The notes under the pieces are model-generated. The model saw only the letters and a program-made list of their open reading frames with translations, had not been told where the DNA came from and searched no databases. Below, in pieces: positions 1-8,487 of a stretch of DNA of 64,000 nt. The stretch is from a virus (lineage: Duplodnaviria > Caudoviricetes). A program made the position numbers and the translations under genes. Within the stretch, counting starts at the first letter, position 1. Each line of letters opens with the position of its first letter. The stretch lies in the IMG/VR virus record IMGVR_UViG_3300027278_000003. One strand, written 5' to 3'.

Positions 1-1
1 G

Positions 2-532
2 CGCGGGGTATATGATTACACTGATGCGTATTGGAGTCCGCAGATTGGATTCAGGAATCGAGTTATTTTTCCATTCTGGCAAGGTGATCGTATAGTTGGA
101 TACAGCGCACGTGATTACACTAACAAAGCCGAATCCAAATATATGATGAAAGTCAATGCTGGGTTTATATACAATATTGATAGAATAAAAGAAAACACTG
201 CATATCTAATTGTAGTTGAAGGTGTTATTGAAGCGGCAGCATTGGATGCAGTTGGGGTACTAACTAACGAAGCGTCACAGGACCAAATTGATTATATCAA
301 TCAATTCAAGGGAGAAGTGATCGTTTGCCCAGATAGAGATAAGCCGGGCGAGAAACTAGTAAAGCAAGCACAGGAAAATGGCTGGAGTGTATCATTCCCA
401 AATTGGGAAAGCGACTTGAAAGACGCGGCAGATGCAGTACAGCGTTATGGAAAGTTGTATACTTTGAAAAGTATTATTGACGGAAGAATAAGTAATAATA
501 CAAAAATCAGCGTAAAGATGCGCTTAAAATAA
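2..532 (+). CDS. DNA primase, C-terminal part (T4 gp61-like, TOPRIM); 5' end outside window
   Basis: Frame is open from nt 2 (RVIFPF..GYSAR..KY), then TOPRIM motifs VVEGVIEA and CPDRDKPG; next to a helicase. Confidence 0.85.
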   Translation, partial: RGVYDYTDAYWSPQIGFRNRVIFPFWQGDRIVGYSARDYTNKAESKYMMKVNAGFIYNIDRIKENTAYLIVVEGVIEAAALDAVGVLTNEASQDQIDYINQFKGEVIVCPDRDKPGEKLVKQAQENGWSVSFPNWESDLKDAADAVQRYGKLYTLKSIIDGRISNNTKISVKMRLK

Positions 533-536
533 GGAC

Positions 537-1223
537 ATGAAAATGGCTAAAGAGACTAAGAAGAAAAAAGTAGAAAAGAAGGAAGAGCCAAAAGTAACGC
601 CAAGTGTTATCCCAACACCGCGCGAAACTCCGACTCCTCCCCCACCCCCACCGCAGATGATGCCACCAAGCCCACCAAAGCAACCGGGTGAGTATCTACG
701 TGATAACGGTGTCCTGTTCATGGACAAAGAATTCAATCAAGAAAACTGTATGCCACTGGTAAAGATGATCCTAGAATGGAACTTGATGCCAGAAGACAAG
801 CGTCCAGAAATCATTCACTTGTATATCAACTCACCGGGCGGCTACGTAGCAAGTGCGTGGCATTTGATTGATACTATTAAGCAATCAAAAATCCCAGTAT
901 ACACTTATGCGATGGGTATGGCAGCATCATGTGGTTGTCTACTACTAATGAGTGGCGAAAAAGGTCACCGTTATGTAACGCAAAACACAACAGTCATGTC
1001 ACACGTTTATAGTGCGGGTTCTGGTGGTAAAGAATTTGATCTATATGCACGTGTTAAGAGTTTTGAACAAACATCAAAGAACATGGTTGAGCATTACAAA
1101 AAATGCACTGGTAAGAGCGAAGAATACATTCGCAAAAATCTACTACCAGCAGAAGATGTTTGGCTATCACCAGAAGAAGCAGTCAAGCATGGTGTAGTAG
1201 ATCACATCATCCAAACTTACTAA
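537..1223 (+). CDS. clpP: ATP-dependent Clp protease proteolytic subunit with Pro-rich N-terminal extension
   Basis: LYINSPGG, MGMAASCG (catalytic Ser), MSH (His), EDVWLSPEEAVKHGVVD. Confidence 0.9.
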   Translation: MKMAKETKKKKVEKKEEPKVTPSVIPTPRETPTPPPPPPQMMPPSPPKQPGEYLRDNGVLFMDKEFNQENCMPLVKMILEWNLMPEDKRPEIIHLYINSPGGYVASAWHLIDTIKQSKIPVYTYAMGMAASCGCLLLMSGEKGHRYVTQNTTVMSHVYSAGSGGKEFDLYARVKSFEQTSKNMVEHYKKCTGKSEEYIRKNLLPAEDVWLSPEEAVKHGVVDHIIQTY

Positions 1224-1258
1224 TTGACAATCATCAACAATTTTGATATAGTATAAGA

Positions 1259-2665
1259 ATGTCCGAAATAAAAGATTATAACATTGATGTCCAAAGACTG
1301 TTCGTACAGTTTATGTTAACTGATCCCGAACTCTATACAAGGGTTCGGGGCATTGTAAAACCAGAATATTTTGATAGAGGTATTCGTAACGTTGTTACAA
1401 TGCTTGTTGAGCATAGTGAAAAGTATGCTACACTCCCTACGATTGAAATGATCAAGGCCGAGACCGGGCAGACAGTTGAACTACTGGCAAATACGGCCCA
1501 ACATAGCGATTGGTTTGTGGACGAGTTTGAATCTTTTTGTAGACATAAAGCACTTGAGAAGGCTATCATCGAAAGTGCCGATCTTCTGGAAGTTGGAAAA
1601 TACGGCGAAGTGGAGTTGAGGATCAAAGAAGCAGTACAGATTGGTCTAGCGAGATCATTGGGTACTGACTACTTTGAAGATCCGAGGTCGCGGCTTGAAA
1701 AGCTAAAGGACGGAAACGGTCAGATCAGCACTGGCTGGAAAGGTCTAGACGACAAATTGTATGGGGGCATCAATCGTGGGGAGATCACGATTTTTGCAGG
1801 TGGTTCCGGCGCAGGTAAATCTCTATTCATGCAGAATATGTCACTGAACTGGGCACAGTTGGGCCTGAACTGCGTCTATTTTACACTAGAACTTTCGGAA
1901 GAACTCTCTGCGATGCGTATGGATGCGATGTTAACAGATCGTAGTACAAAACGCATTTTCAAGGAGTTGGATGATGTTGAACTAGAAGTTAAAACAAAAG
2001 GCAAAAAATCTGGTATGCTAAGGGTTAAATATCTCCCTTCTGGTTCAACAATCAACGATTTGCGTTCGTATCTAAAAGAATTGCAAATTCAAACAGGTAA
2101 GAAGGTCGATTGTATGTGTATCGACTATCTCGACCTTCTTATGCCAGCAACAAAGAAAGTACCAGCAAGCGACTTGTTCATCAAAGACAAATTTGTGACA
2201 GAAGAAGTTCGCAACTTTGCAATGGAAATGCAAACAGTGGTTGTTACTGCGTCACAGTTGAACCGTAGCGCAGTCGAAGAAATCGAATTCGATCACTCTC
2301 ACATCGCAGGTGGTATTTCTAAGATTCAGACTGCGGATAACGTGATCGGTATCTTTACATCAAACGCAATGCGTGAGCGTGGTCAATATCAGCTACAGCT
2401 ACTAAAGACACGTTCATCAAGTGGTGTTGGATCAAAAGTAAATCTAATTTTCAATCGTGACAGTCTTAAAATTATGGATGACACTTCCGAAGACGGTAGT
2501 GTAGATTCTAGCGCAACTACTATGAGTGTAGTAGATACACTTAGAAAGAAAACTATTGTGAACAAAACTGAAAAGTCAGAAGAACCAGCAGAGAAAAATG
2601 ACTCTGCCGCAAGTCTTCGTGCAATGTTAAAGTCAAAAACGCGTTCTGCATTTGACGAGATTTGA
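1259..2665 (+). CDS. Replicative DNA helicase (T4 gp41/DnaB-like)
   Basis: Walker A GGSGAGKS, CIDYLDL, TASQLNRSA, SHIAGGISK, LKTR. Confidence 0.92.
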   Translation: MSEIKDYNIDVQRLFVQFMLTDPELYTRVRGIVKPEYFDRGIRNVVTMLVEHSEKYATLPTIEMIKAETGQTVELLANTAQHSDWFVDEFESFCRHKALEKAIIESADLLEVGKYGEVELRIKEAVQIGLARSLGTDYFEDPRSRLEKLKDGNGQISTGWKGLDDKLYGGINRGEITIFAGGSGAGKSLFMQNMSLNWAQLGLNCVYFTLELSEELSAMRMDAMLTDRSTKRIFKELDDVELEVKTKGKKSGMLRVKYLPSGSTINDLRSYLKELQIQTGKKVDCMCIDYLDLLMPATKKVPASDLFIKDKFVTEEVRNFAMEMQTVVVTASQLNRSAVEEIEFDHSHIAGGISKIQTADNVIGIFTSNAMRERGQYQLQLLKTRSSSGVGSKVNLIFNRDSLKIMDDTSEDGSVDSSATTMSVVDTLRKKTIVNKTEKSEEPAEKNDSAASLRAMLKSKTRSAFDEI

Positions 2666-2934
2666 TAAATACATTAACGGAGATTTTTCTTATGACTAGA
2701 AACAGAAAGAGCCTTTTTGAAGAACTAAACTCGCTGGCTATGACAGGCGAGAAGGATCGTCTTATTGAACAAAAAGGTGAACATATCATCACTGGCGCAA
2801 TCAACCTTATCGAATATATTCAACGTGAATATGACGAGGAAACTGCGAATGACCTTGTGAAGCGTTTAGTCAATAGTATTAAATCACAAGACCCACGCAA
2901 GTTTAAACGCGGTTGTGGCAGTTTGAAGAAATGA
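2662..2934 (+). CDS. Hypothetical protein (true start probably a downstream ATG)
   Basis: ORF in co-oriented block with phage-like codon use. Confidence 0.7.
   Translation: MINTLTEIFLMTRNRKSLFEELNSLAMTGEKDRLIEQKGEHIITGAINLIEYIQREYDEETANDLVKRLVNSIKSQDPRKFKRGCGSLKK
2664..2671 (+). promoter_or_regulatory. Putative late promoter GATAAATA
   Basis: Variant of T4 late TATAAATA that recurs just upstream of gene starts. Confidence 0.55.
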
Positions 2935-2935
2935 T

Positions 2936-3154
2936 ATGGATTTTGCAGAACAGTTAAAGAAACTTAAAGTACTAGCTGGAATTTATCAACCATATAAGAT
3001 TGATAATACACAAGAAAATATGTCTGATACTGGTATGGAAAAAGGCGAGTATCAGCGTAAGCATAATATTCAGCCTGGAACTCCGGAATGGTTTAAACTG
3101 TGGTTCGCTCGTCCAACAATGACGGGTGAAGATCCATATGGGAAGAAAAAATGA
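2936..3154 (+). CDS. Hypothetical protein
   Basis: ORF, stop overlaps next ATG; IQPGTPEWFKLWF motif. Confidence 0.7.
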   Translation: MDFAEQLKKLKVLAGIYQPYKIDNTQENMSDTGMEKGEYQRKHNIQPGTPEWFKLWFARPTMTGEDPYGKKK

Positions 3155-4509
3155 AGATTAGCGAAATTATACTAGGTGCAGGATTAGAGCGTAGATTTAG
3201 AGGCCCACGTAAGCCTCGCCTAAAGCAAGTAGGCTTTCACAGTAGATTGAAAGCAAAAGGTCTATTAGACGCAGACTTAAACGAAGCAGATGGCAAGAAC
3301 ACACACCTAGATCATGCCGAAGAACTTGTATTCATGTATGGTACTGATGGTATCAAGCGTGTTGTTACAACGTTTGCGGGCTTACTAGATTCTCTTGATG
3401 GTGCAGGTGGTGGCGATGCTGTTACTACAAAGTGGGATGGTTCACCTGCGGTGTTTGCTGGCACTGATCCGGCAGATGGACAATTCTTTGTTGGTACAAA
3501 GGGCGTATTCGCAAAGAATGCAAAGCTAAACAAGACACAAGACGATATCGAACGAAATCACCCTGACACCACAAATAAAGGTGAAGCAGTAAGTAAGCAA
3601 GGCCTGCGTGATAAGCTAAGTGTGTCACTTGAAAATTTAAAAAATCTAGGTATCAAGGGTGTGCTACAAGGCGATCTACTGTTTACTAAAGGTGATCTAA
3701 AGCAAGTAACAGTTGATGGCGAAAAGTATATCGCATTTAAGCCAAACACTATTACATACATGGTACCTGCAAATAGTCAGACTGCAAGAGAAATGCTTGC
3801 GGCAGATATGGGTATTGTATTCCACACAGCATATAACGGTGACAGCATTGAGGACATGGAAGCGACTTTTGGCTTCGATGCAAGTTCTCTGCGTAAAAAC
3901 CCAAAAGTGTGGTTTACAGATGCTAGAATTAAAGACGTATCGGGTCAAGTAAATCTTTCAAAACAAGAAAGTGCAGCAATTCGCGCAGCAATTAAAGATT
4001 TGGCAAGTATGTCAGTTGATGCAAAAGCATTCAAAATTCTAGACAATCAACTTCCAATTAATCTAGTACAAGAACTAAAAGCACACGCAAACTTGCCAAT
4101 TCGTTCTGGCCAAGCACTAGAACCTGATGCAGATAAATTTGCAGCAGATTTTATACAGCGTTTGGGTGACAAGTTTGACGCAGATGTTGCTAAACTGAAA
4201 ACTGGTCCTGAAGGTAAAGCTGGACAAGCGAAACTAGCAGCAAAGCAGCAAACACTAGATTTCCTAGAACAAAATAAACAAAACATTGCACAAATGTATC
4301 GTGCATATATTAAAACAGAAGCAATCAAAATGATGTTCCAGCGTCAAATGAAGCACATCAAAGCGATTGATAGTTTCATTGAACAGCCAGATGGCTCATT
4401 CAAAGTTACTGATCCTGAGGGATTTGTAATTGTAGATCATCTAGGTCGTGCAATTAAGATTGTAGATAGATTAGAATTTAGCGCAGCAAACTTCGCGCCG
4501 AGAGATTAA
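3151..4509 (+). CDS. DUF6267-like protein with ligase/nucleotidyltransferase-like motifs
   Basis: KNTHLDHAEE, TTKWDGSPA, VLQGDLLF, EGFV..AIKIVDRLEFS. Confidence 0.7.
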   Translation: MKISEIILGAGLERRFRGPRKPRLKQVGFHSRLKAKGLLDADLNEADGKNTHLDHAEELVFMYGTDGIKRVVTTFAGLLDSLDGAGGGDAVTTKWDGSPAVFAGTDPADGQFFVGTKGVFAKNAKLNKTQDDIERNHPDTTNKGEAVSKQGLRDKLSVSLENLKNLGIKGVLQGDLLFTKGDLKQVTVDGEKYIAFKPNTITYMVPANSQTAREMLAADMGIVFHTAYNGDSIEDMEATFGFDASSLRKNPKVWFTDARIKDVSGQVNLSKQESAAIRAAIKDLASMSVDAKAFKILDNQLPINLVQELKAHANLPIRSGQALEPDADKFAADFIQRLGDKFDADVAKLKTGPEGKAGQAKLAAKQQTLDFLEQNKQNIAQMYRAYIKTEAIKMMFQRQMKHIKAIDSFIEQPDGSFKVTDPEGFVIVDHLGRAIKIVDRLEFSAANFAPRD

Positions 4510-4510
4510 T

Positions 4511-4723
4511 ATGTTTAGTAAAAAGTGTAGACAACATTATAAAGATAACAACATGACATGCTGGGAACATTTTCGTTTTGCATGGTGGTTCTTAATTCAA
4601 TTAAAGAAAGCGGAACTGGCGTTGTTTATACATTCGTTTGCACCACAGTACTTTCAAACATATGCGAGTGACAAAGTTAAAGAATTAGCAAAACTGTTGG
4701 AGAATCATAATGGAAGAAAATAA
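4511..4723 (+). CDS. Small protein, DUF6356-like
   Basis: WEHFRFA...LFIHSFAPQYFQTYAS pattern. Confidence 0.5.
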   Translation: MFSKKCRQHYKDNNMTCWEHFRFAWWFLIQLKKAELALFIHSFAPQYFQTYASDKVKELAKLLENHNGRK

Positions 4724-5498
4724 AAAGCTACAATTGATCAATACTCTAACAGAGAGTAGATTGTTTAGAAACAAAAATATCGCAAGTGAAGTAAACGTAG
4801 ATGACGCGGCAGAATTAGCGTTTGTATATTTGATGACACTGAATATGTGGAATAAAGACTATGATTTTGCTCCTCTTGCAAAAGAGTATGCAGCACGTAC
4901 AGCCGCATTTGGTAACTTCAATACTTTCAGAACTAGTGGTACAGATTTGTATATTGCATTGAACAGACTTCTAGGTACTGATCAATCGTATGATAATGAC
5001 AAAGACAAGGTTGCTATAGACAGAATTAAAGTGTCACAGCAGGAACTTAAAAAATATCTACAGCATATTGCAACGAATAGTGTTGATCCTGCGTTTGAAC
5101 AACGTATGCTTTTACGTTTTCAAAAAGGACTTAATATTCAAGATGCAATGCTAAAGTCAATTCGTAGACTAGTAGGTGATTGGGATAATCTAAATCAACA
5201 TCAACGTGCGCTAGTTGTAACACGCTTAACACAGTACACACGTAGTAAAGCAATGCGCAGTGAAATGATGCAGCCTCTATTAAAGTTTCAAAAGCGCGGA
5301 AATTATATTGTAGACGACAGCGCAGATACTAAAAAGAGTTTGTGGGACAAGCCGATTGTGAAAGCAGCGGCGGCAGCCGGCGCGATTTATGGTGCAGGTA
5401 AATTGGGTAAGCAATTAGCAAAATCCACATACAAAACACAGCGTACAGGTCTTGCTCATAGATTTGGCGCAACAGATAAAAGTAATAAACCAAAATAA
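4710..5498 (+). CDS. Hypothetical protein, possible head-packaged protein
   Basis: ORF with N-terminal LTE-S motif in late block. Confidence 0.7.
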   Translation: MEENKKLQLINTLTESRLFRNKNIASEVNVDDAAELAFVYLMTLNMWNKDYDFAPLAKEYAARTAAFGNFNTFRTSGTDLYIALNRLLGTDQSYDNDKDKVAIDRIKVSQQELKKYLQHIATNSVDPAFEQRMLLRFQKGLNIQDAMLKSIRRLVGDWDNLNQHQRALVVTRLTQYTRSKAMRSEMMQPLLKFQKRGNYIVDDSADTKKSLWDKPIVKAAAAAGAIYGAGKLGKQLAKSTYKTQRTGLAHRFGATDKSNKPK

Positions 5499-5517
5499 CC
5501 CTTTAGGGTACAAAAAA

Positions 5518-5525
5518 GATAAATA
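5518..5525 (+). promoter_or_regulatory. Putative late promoter GATAAATA
   Basis: Motif about 50 nt upstream of ATG 5572. Confidence 0.55.
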
Positions 5526-5571
5526 AAAGTATAGAGATACAATATCTCAACAGACATTATGGAGAAATAAA

Positions 5572-5838
5572 ATGGTAGCAAAAGTACACGAATCATTCGA
5601 CGCAGGTCAGTTCCTAACAGGTTCACTAGTTCACTTCGGTATCGCATATGACGATGGTGCAGGTGACACAACAGTAAACATGAAAACACTAGTTGAAACA
5701 GTTGGTACACGTGCAACTGTTGTAATCCTAGGCGCAGACGGCGCACGTATCGCAGTTGAAAACAACGGCGCATGGGATGCAGCAGGTCTAGAAGCAGCAC
5801 TAGGTGCAGACTGGACAGTAACAGACTTCGCATACTAA
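5572..5838 (+). CDS. Small, probably abundant virion protein
   Basis: GGAGA RBS, strongly biased codons, followed by a terminator. Confidence 0.75.
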   Translation: MVAKVHESFDAGQFLTGSLVHFGIAYDDGAGDTTVNMKTLVETVGTRATVVILGADGARIAVENNGAWDAAGLEAALGADWTVTDFAY

Positions 5839-5861
5839 TCTTTTAGCGAAAGCTAGATTAA

Positions 5862-5893
5862 AAAGACCCAGCAATTGCTGGGTCTTTCCTTTT
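5862..5893 (+). terminator. Rho-independent terminator
   Basis: AAGACCCAGC-AATT-GCTGGGTCTT followed by T-rich tail. Confidence 0.85.
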
Positions 5894-5903
5894 GTAATTA
5901 ACG

Positions 5904-5911
5904 TATAAATA
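5904..5911 (+). promoter_or_regulatory. T4-type late promoter TATAAATA
   Basis: Exact T4 late consensus upstream of ATG 5940. Confidence 0.65.
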
Positions 5912-5939
5912 CTTCTATATAAGATCATGGAGAACTATC

Positions 5940-6335
5940 ATGGCAAGAATTCATGGCGCAGCCCGCGCAGGCGAAAATCTTTCAGGTAATATTAATTTTT
6001 ATACACTTTACGTAAACGGTGGTCTGGATATCACTGCGACAGGCAGCATTGCAGATCAAACACAGCAAAACTTTGATGACGTTATTAACTTAATCAATCT
6101 AGTAGCACAGCCGGTGATTATGAATAACCCAATCGGTGTAGATTTGACTGGTATAGCACCTTCACTAGTAGGTCCGGGTTTCATCTTCAAGTTTGCAGTT
6201 GAACACGGTCGTATCTTTGAACGTAATGGCGACCCGGTTGCAGTACTGGGTGAGCTATTTGATGGTGTCACAATTGATGGTATTCTGCTATCAATTGTGA
6301 CAAATATCGAATTTGCAATGTCAGACCTACTATAA
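5940..6335 (+). CDS. Small putative virion protein, paralog-like to 5572 ORF
   Basis: MARIHGAARAGENLSGNINFYTL resembles MVAKVHESFDAGQFLTGSLVHFGI. Confidence 0.7.
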   Translation: MARIHGAARAGENLSGNINFYTLYVNGGLDITATGSIADQTQQNFDDVINLINLVAQPVIMNNPIGVDLTGIAPSLVGPGFIFKFAVEHGRIFERNGDPVAVLGELFDGVTIDGILLSIVTNIEFAMSDLL

Positions 6336-6394
6336 TGCCACGCGTTATTGTGGAATAACTCCCTTTTTAATAGTAAGCTAAATCAATAATGCCC

Positions 6395-6428
6395 CCCAGA
6401 GGCCTACGGGCTTCTGGGCTTTATTTTG
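6395..6428 (+). terminator. Terminator-like hairpin with cUACGg tetraloop
   Basis: CCAGAGGCC-TACG-GGCTTCTGG then CTTTATTTT. Confidence 0.7.
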
Positions 6429-6456
6429 TGCGAAGATAAATAGACACGTTCTAAAT

Positions 6457-6464
6457 GATAAATA
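6457..6464 (+). promoter_or_regulatory. Putative late promoter GATAAATA (second copy at 6435-6442)
   Basis: Tandem motif upstream of 6490 ORF. Confidence 0.5.
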
Positions 6465-6489
6465 CAAGTATCGGCAACAGTTAAATTAA

Positions 6490-6753
6490 GTGCCTTCGGA
6501 GTATATAATGGATATCGACCCAAGACTAGCGCAGTTGGAAACAGAAAGTCTAGAAACGCATGTAGCAGTAAACCATGAACGTTTCAAAGCACTGGATGCA
6601 AGTATTGTTCGTGTAGAACATTCAGTTGAAAAACTTGCGAGTGACACAAAAGAACAGTTTAACGAATTAAAGAAAATTGTAGTATGGTCAGCATCAACAT
6701 TGTTTGGTACACTTCTAATCGCACTACTAACATCAGTATTTAAGGTAATCTAA
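6490..6753 (+). CDS. Coiled-coil protein with C-terminal transmembrane helix (holin/XhlA-like architecture)
   Basis: Heptad-like N-terminus, hydrophobic IVVWSASTLFGTLLIALLTSVF. Confidence 0.6.
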   Translation: MPSEYIMDIDPRLAQLETESLETHVAVNHERFKALDASIVRVEHSVEKLASDTKEQFNELKKIVVWSASTLFGTLLIALLTSVFKVI

Positions 6754-7034
6754 TGCTTATAGAAGAAATCATATCAGAAGAAGAACTAGAGGAAGCGAAA
6801 CTTGTTTATGCACGTAAGGGTAAAACAATTGTTCGTAAGTACCGTTGTTCTGCTGGTAGATTAAAAGGTAAGACAGTTGCAACTCCGACAGCATGTTTTA
6901 AGCCAGTTGATATTAAGAAACGTTTTACACTTGCACGTACAAAAGCGAAAATGGGTTCACGTATTGCAAGAAAGTCAAAGATGACACGAAAGATGAACCC
7001 AGCAAGTAGAAGACTAAAGAGTCTAAACAAGTGA
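6753..7034 (+). CDS. Basic hypothetical protein with acidic N-terminal leader
   Basis: MLIEEIISEEELEEA then K/R-rich body. Confidence 0.75.
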   Translation: MLIEEIISEEELEEAKLVYARKGKTIVRKYRCSAGRLKGKTVATPTACFKPVDIKKRFTLARTKAKMGSRIARKSKMTRKMNPASRRLKSLNK

Positions 7035-7042
7035 GATAAAAA

Positions 7043-7576
7043 ATGAGTTTGAGAAAAGATATTGAAAAAAGTATGTTTGTTGAAATGAAGGGCACCCGCA
7101 TTGAAAGTATTGCGGAACTAATCGGTGCAGACATTCAAACAACTCAGGCTCGAATGAAAGAATTGGGGTTCAAAGAGTATGTTGATCTTATGAGAGCATT
7201 GCGCGACCAAGACGAATACACTGCGAAACAAATCATGGGCATGAGTGATGATGTTGAAGAAGCATACAACATGGGTGGAACAGTAGCACCAGGTCAGATG
7301 CGCCAACAGCAACAAGCGGATGCAGAAGACGAAGAATCTTCGATGCTAAGTAAACAAAAGAAAACAATGGCAATGCAACGTTTAGGTCGTAAAAACTTGG
7401 GAGGTTCAACTGCACAGCAAGCAGCGGCAGCAGTTGACCAAGCACAACAAGGAAAAGCACTTACCCCAATTCAACGTAAGGCGATGGCAGCACAAGCAGC
7501 AAACATGGACGCACTTGCAAGCGACCCACGTACTGCACAGCAATTTAGAAATTTGTTAAACAAGTTAAATCGTTAA
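7043..7576 (+). CDS. Hypothetical protein, Gln/Ala-rich
   Basis: ORF in operon. Confidence 0.75.
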   Translation: MSLRKDIEKSMFVEMKGTRIESIAELIGADIQTTQARMKELGFKEYVDLMRALRDQDEYTAKQIMGMSDDVEEAYNMGGTVAPGQMRQQQQADAEDEESSMLSKQKKTMAMQRLGRKNLGGSTAQQAAAAVDQAQQGKALTPIQRKAMAAQAANMDALASDPRTAQQFRNLLNKLNR

Positions 7577-7593
7577 CTTAGGAGTCCTATTTA

Positions 7594-7788
7594 ATGCGAC
7601 TAACAGAAGTTTTAGGTGGTCTATATGTTATGATCACAGAAGAAGAAAACGACCTAGTTGTTAAATTCTTCGCTGAAAACGAATATGTGAATGAATCACA
7701 ACTGTCAGAGCGCGAAGCTCTATTAGCGGACAGCCTTGTGCGCAAGGGTGTTCTTGTACCTACACTACGTGGGTTCAGAATAAACTAA
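7594..7788 (+). CDS. Hypothetical protein
   Basis: AGGAG RBS, ORF. Confidence 0.65.
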   Translation: MRLTEVLGGLYVMITEEENDLVVKFFAENEYVNESQLSEREALLADSLVRKGVLVPTLRGFRIN

Positions 7789-7803
7789 CGAAGAGGAAAC
7801 AAA

Positions 7804-8433
7804 ATGACTGCACCAAGCAGAAAAGACGTAGATGCAATGGCAAACATTCTGAAGGCGCTTAATGGTAATTCTTCAGGTGTCAAAGCAGAAGCAGAAGCAA
7901 CCCGTTCTGCACAAGCGGCATCTGGTGAAATTGATCTAACTCCGGGCATAGGTGCTACGGACATTAAAGCTATGGAAAACATTCTAAAGAGTTTTCACGG
8001 CGCGTCACAGAACGTAGCAAGTAAAGTAGCAACAACAATAAACGAGTCAAAGAGAACTCAAACAGGCGTAGATATCGGACTATACTCAGTGGAGAAAAAT
8101 GCCGATGAATATTACGACATACGTGATAATCGTACTAACGATACCTTGTTTGAAGATGTACGTCTATATGAAACTGCTTTCATACTTGCAAAACACCTCA
8201 ATGAAGGTAAAAAAATCAATTCGCCTGAAATCACGAAAATAATTTCTTCTAATGCGATTTTTGAGCAATATTATCATGATGCGATACAACACAAGCGTAC
8301 ATACAATACTGCAAAAACGCGTGGCGATTTTGCAAAGATGGATATTGCAGAAGCAAGATTTGACAAAGCAAAACAAGATGCTTCAATCACAAAGCGTCAT
8401 ATTAAGTCAATATACGAATCCCTAAACAAGTAA
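7804..8433 (+). CDS. Hypothetical protein
   Basis: GAGGA RBS, ORF. Confidence 0.75.
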   Translation: MTAPSRKDVDAMANILKALNGNSSGVKAEAEATRSAQAASGEIDLTPGIGATDIKAMENILKSFHGASQNVASKVATTINESKRTQTGVDIGLYSVEKNADEYYDIRDNRTNDTLFEDVRLYETAFILAKHLNEGKKINSPEITKIISSNAIFEQYYHDAIQHKRTYNTAKTRGDFAKMDIAEARFDKAKQDASITKRHIKSIYESLNK

Positions 8434-8446
8434 TAATTAACAAAAA

Positions 8447-8454
8447 GATAAATA
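8447..8454 (+). promoter_or_regulatory. Putative late promoter GATAAATA
   Basis: Motif upstream of ATG 8488. Confidence 0.55.
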
Positions 8455-8487
8455 CATAATATAAATTTATGTATTGGGGCTAATACC

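Noticed and set aside
524-736. Gly-rich minus-strand ORF
   Set aside because: Mirror of the Pro-rich ClpP N-terminus
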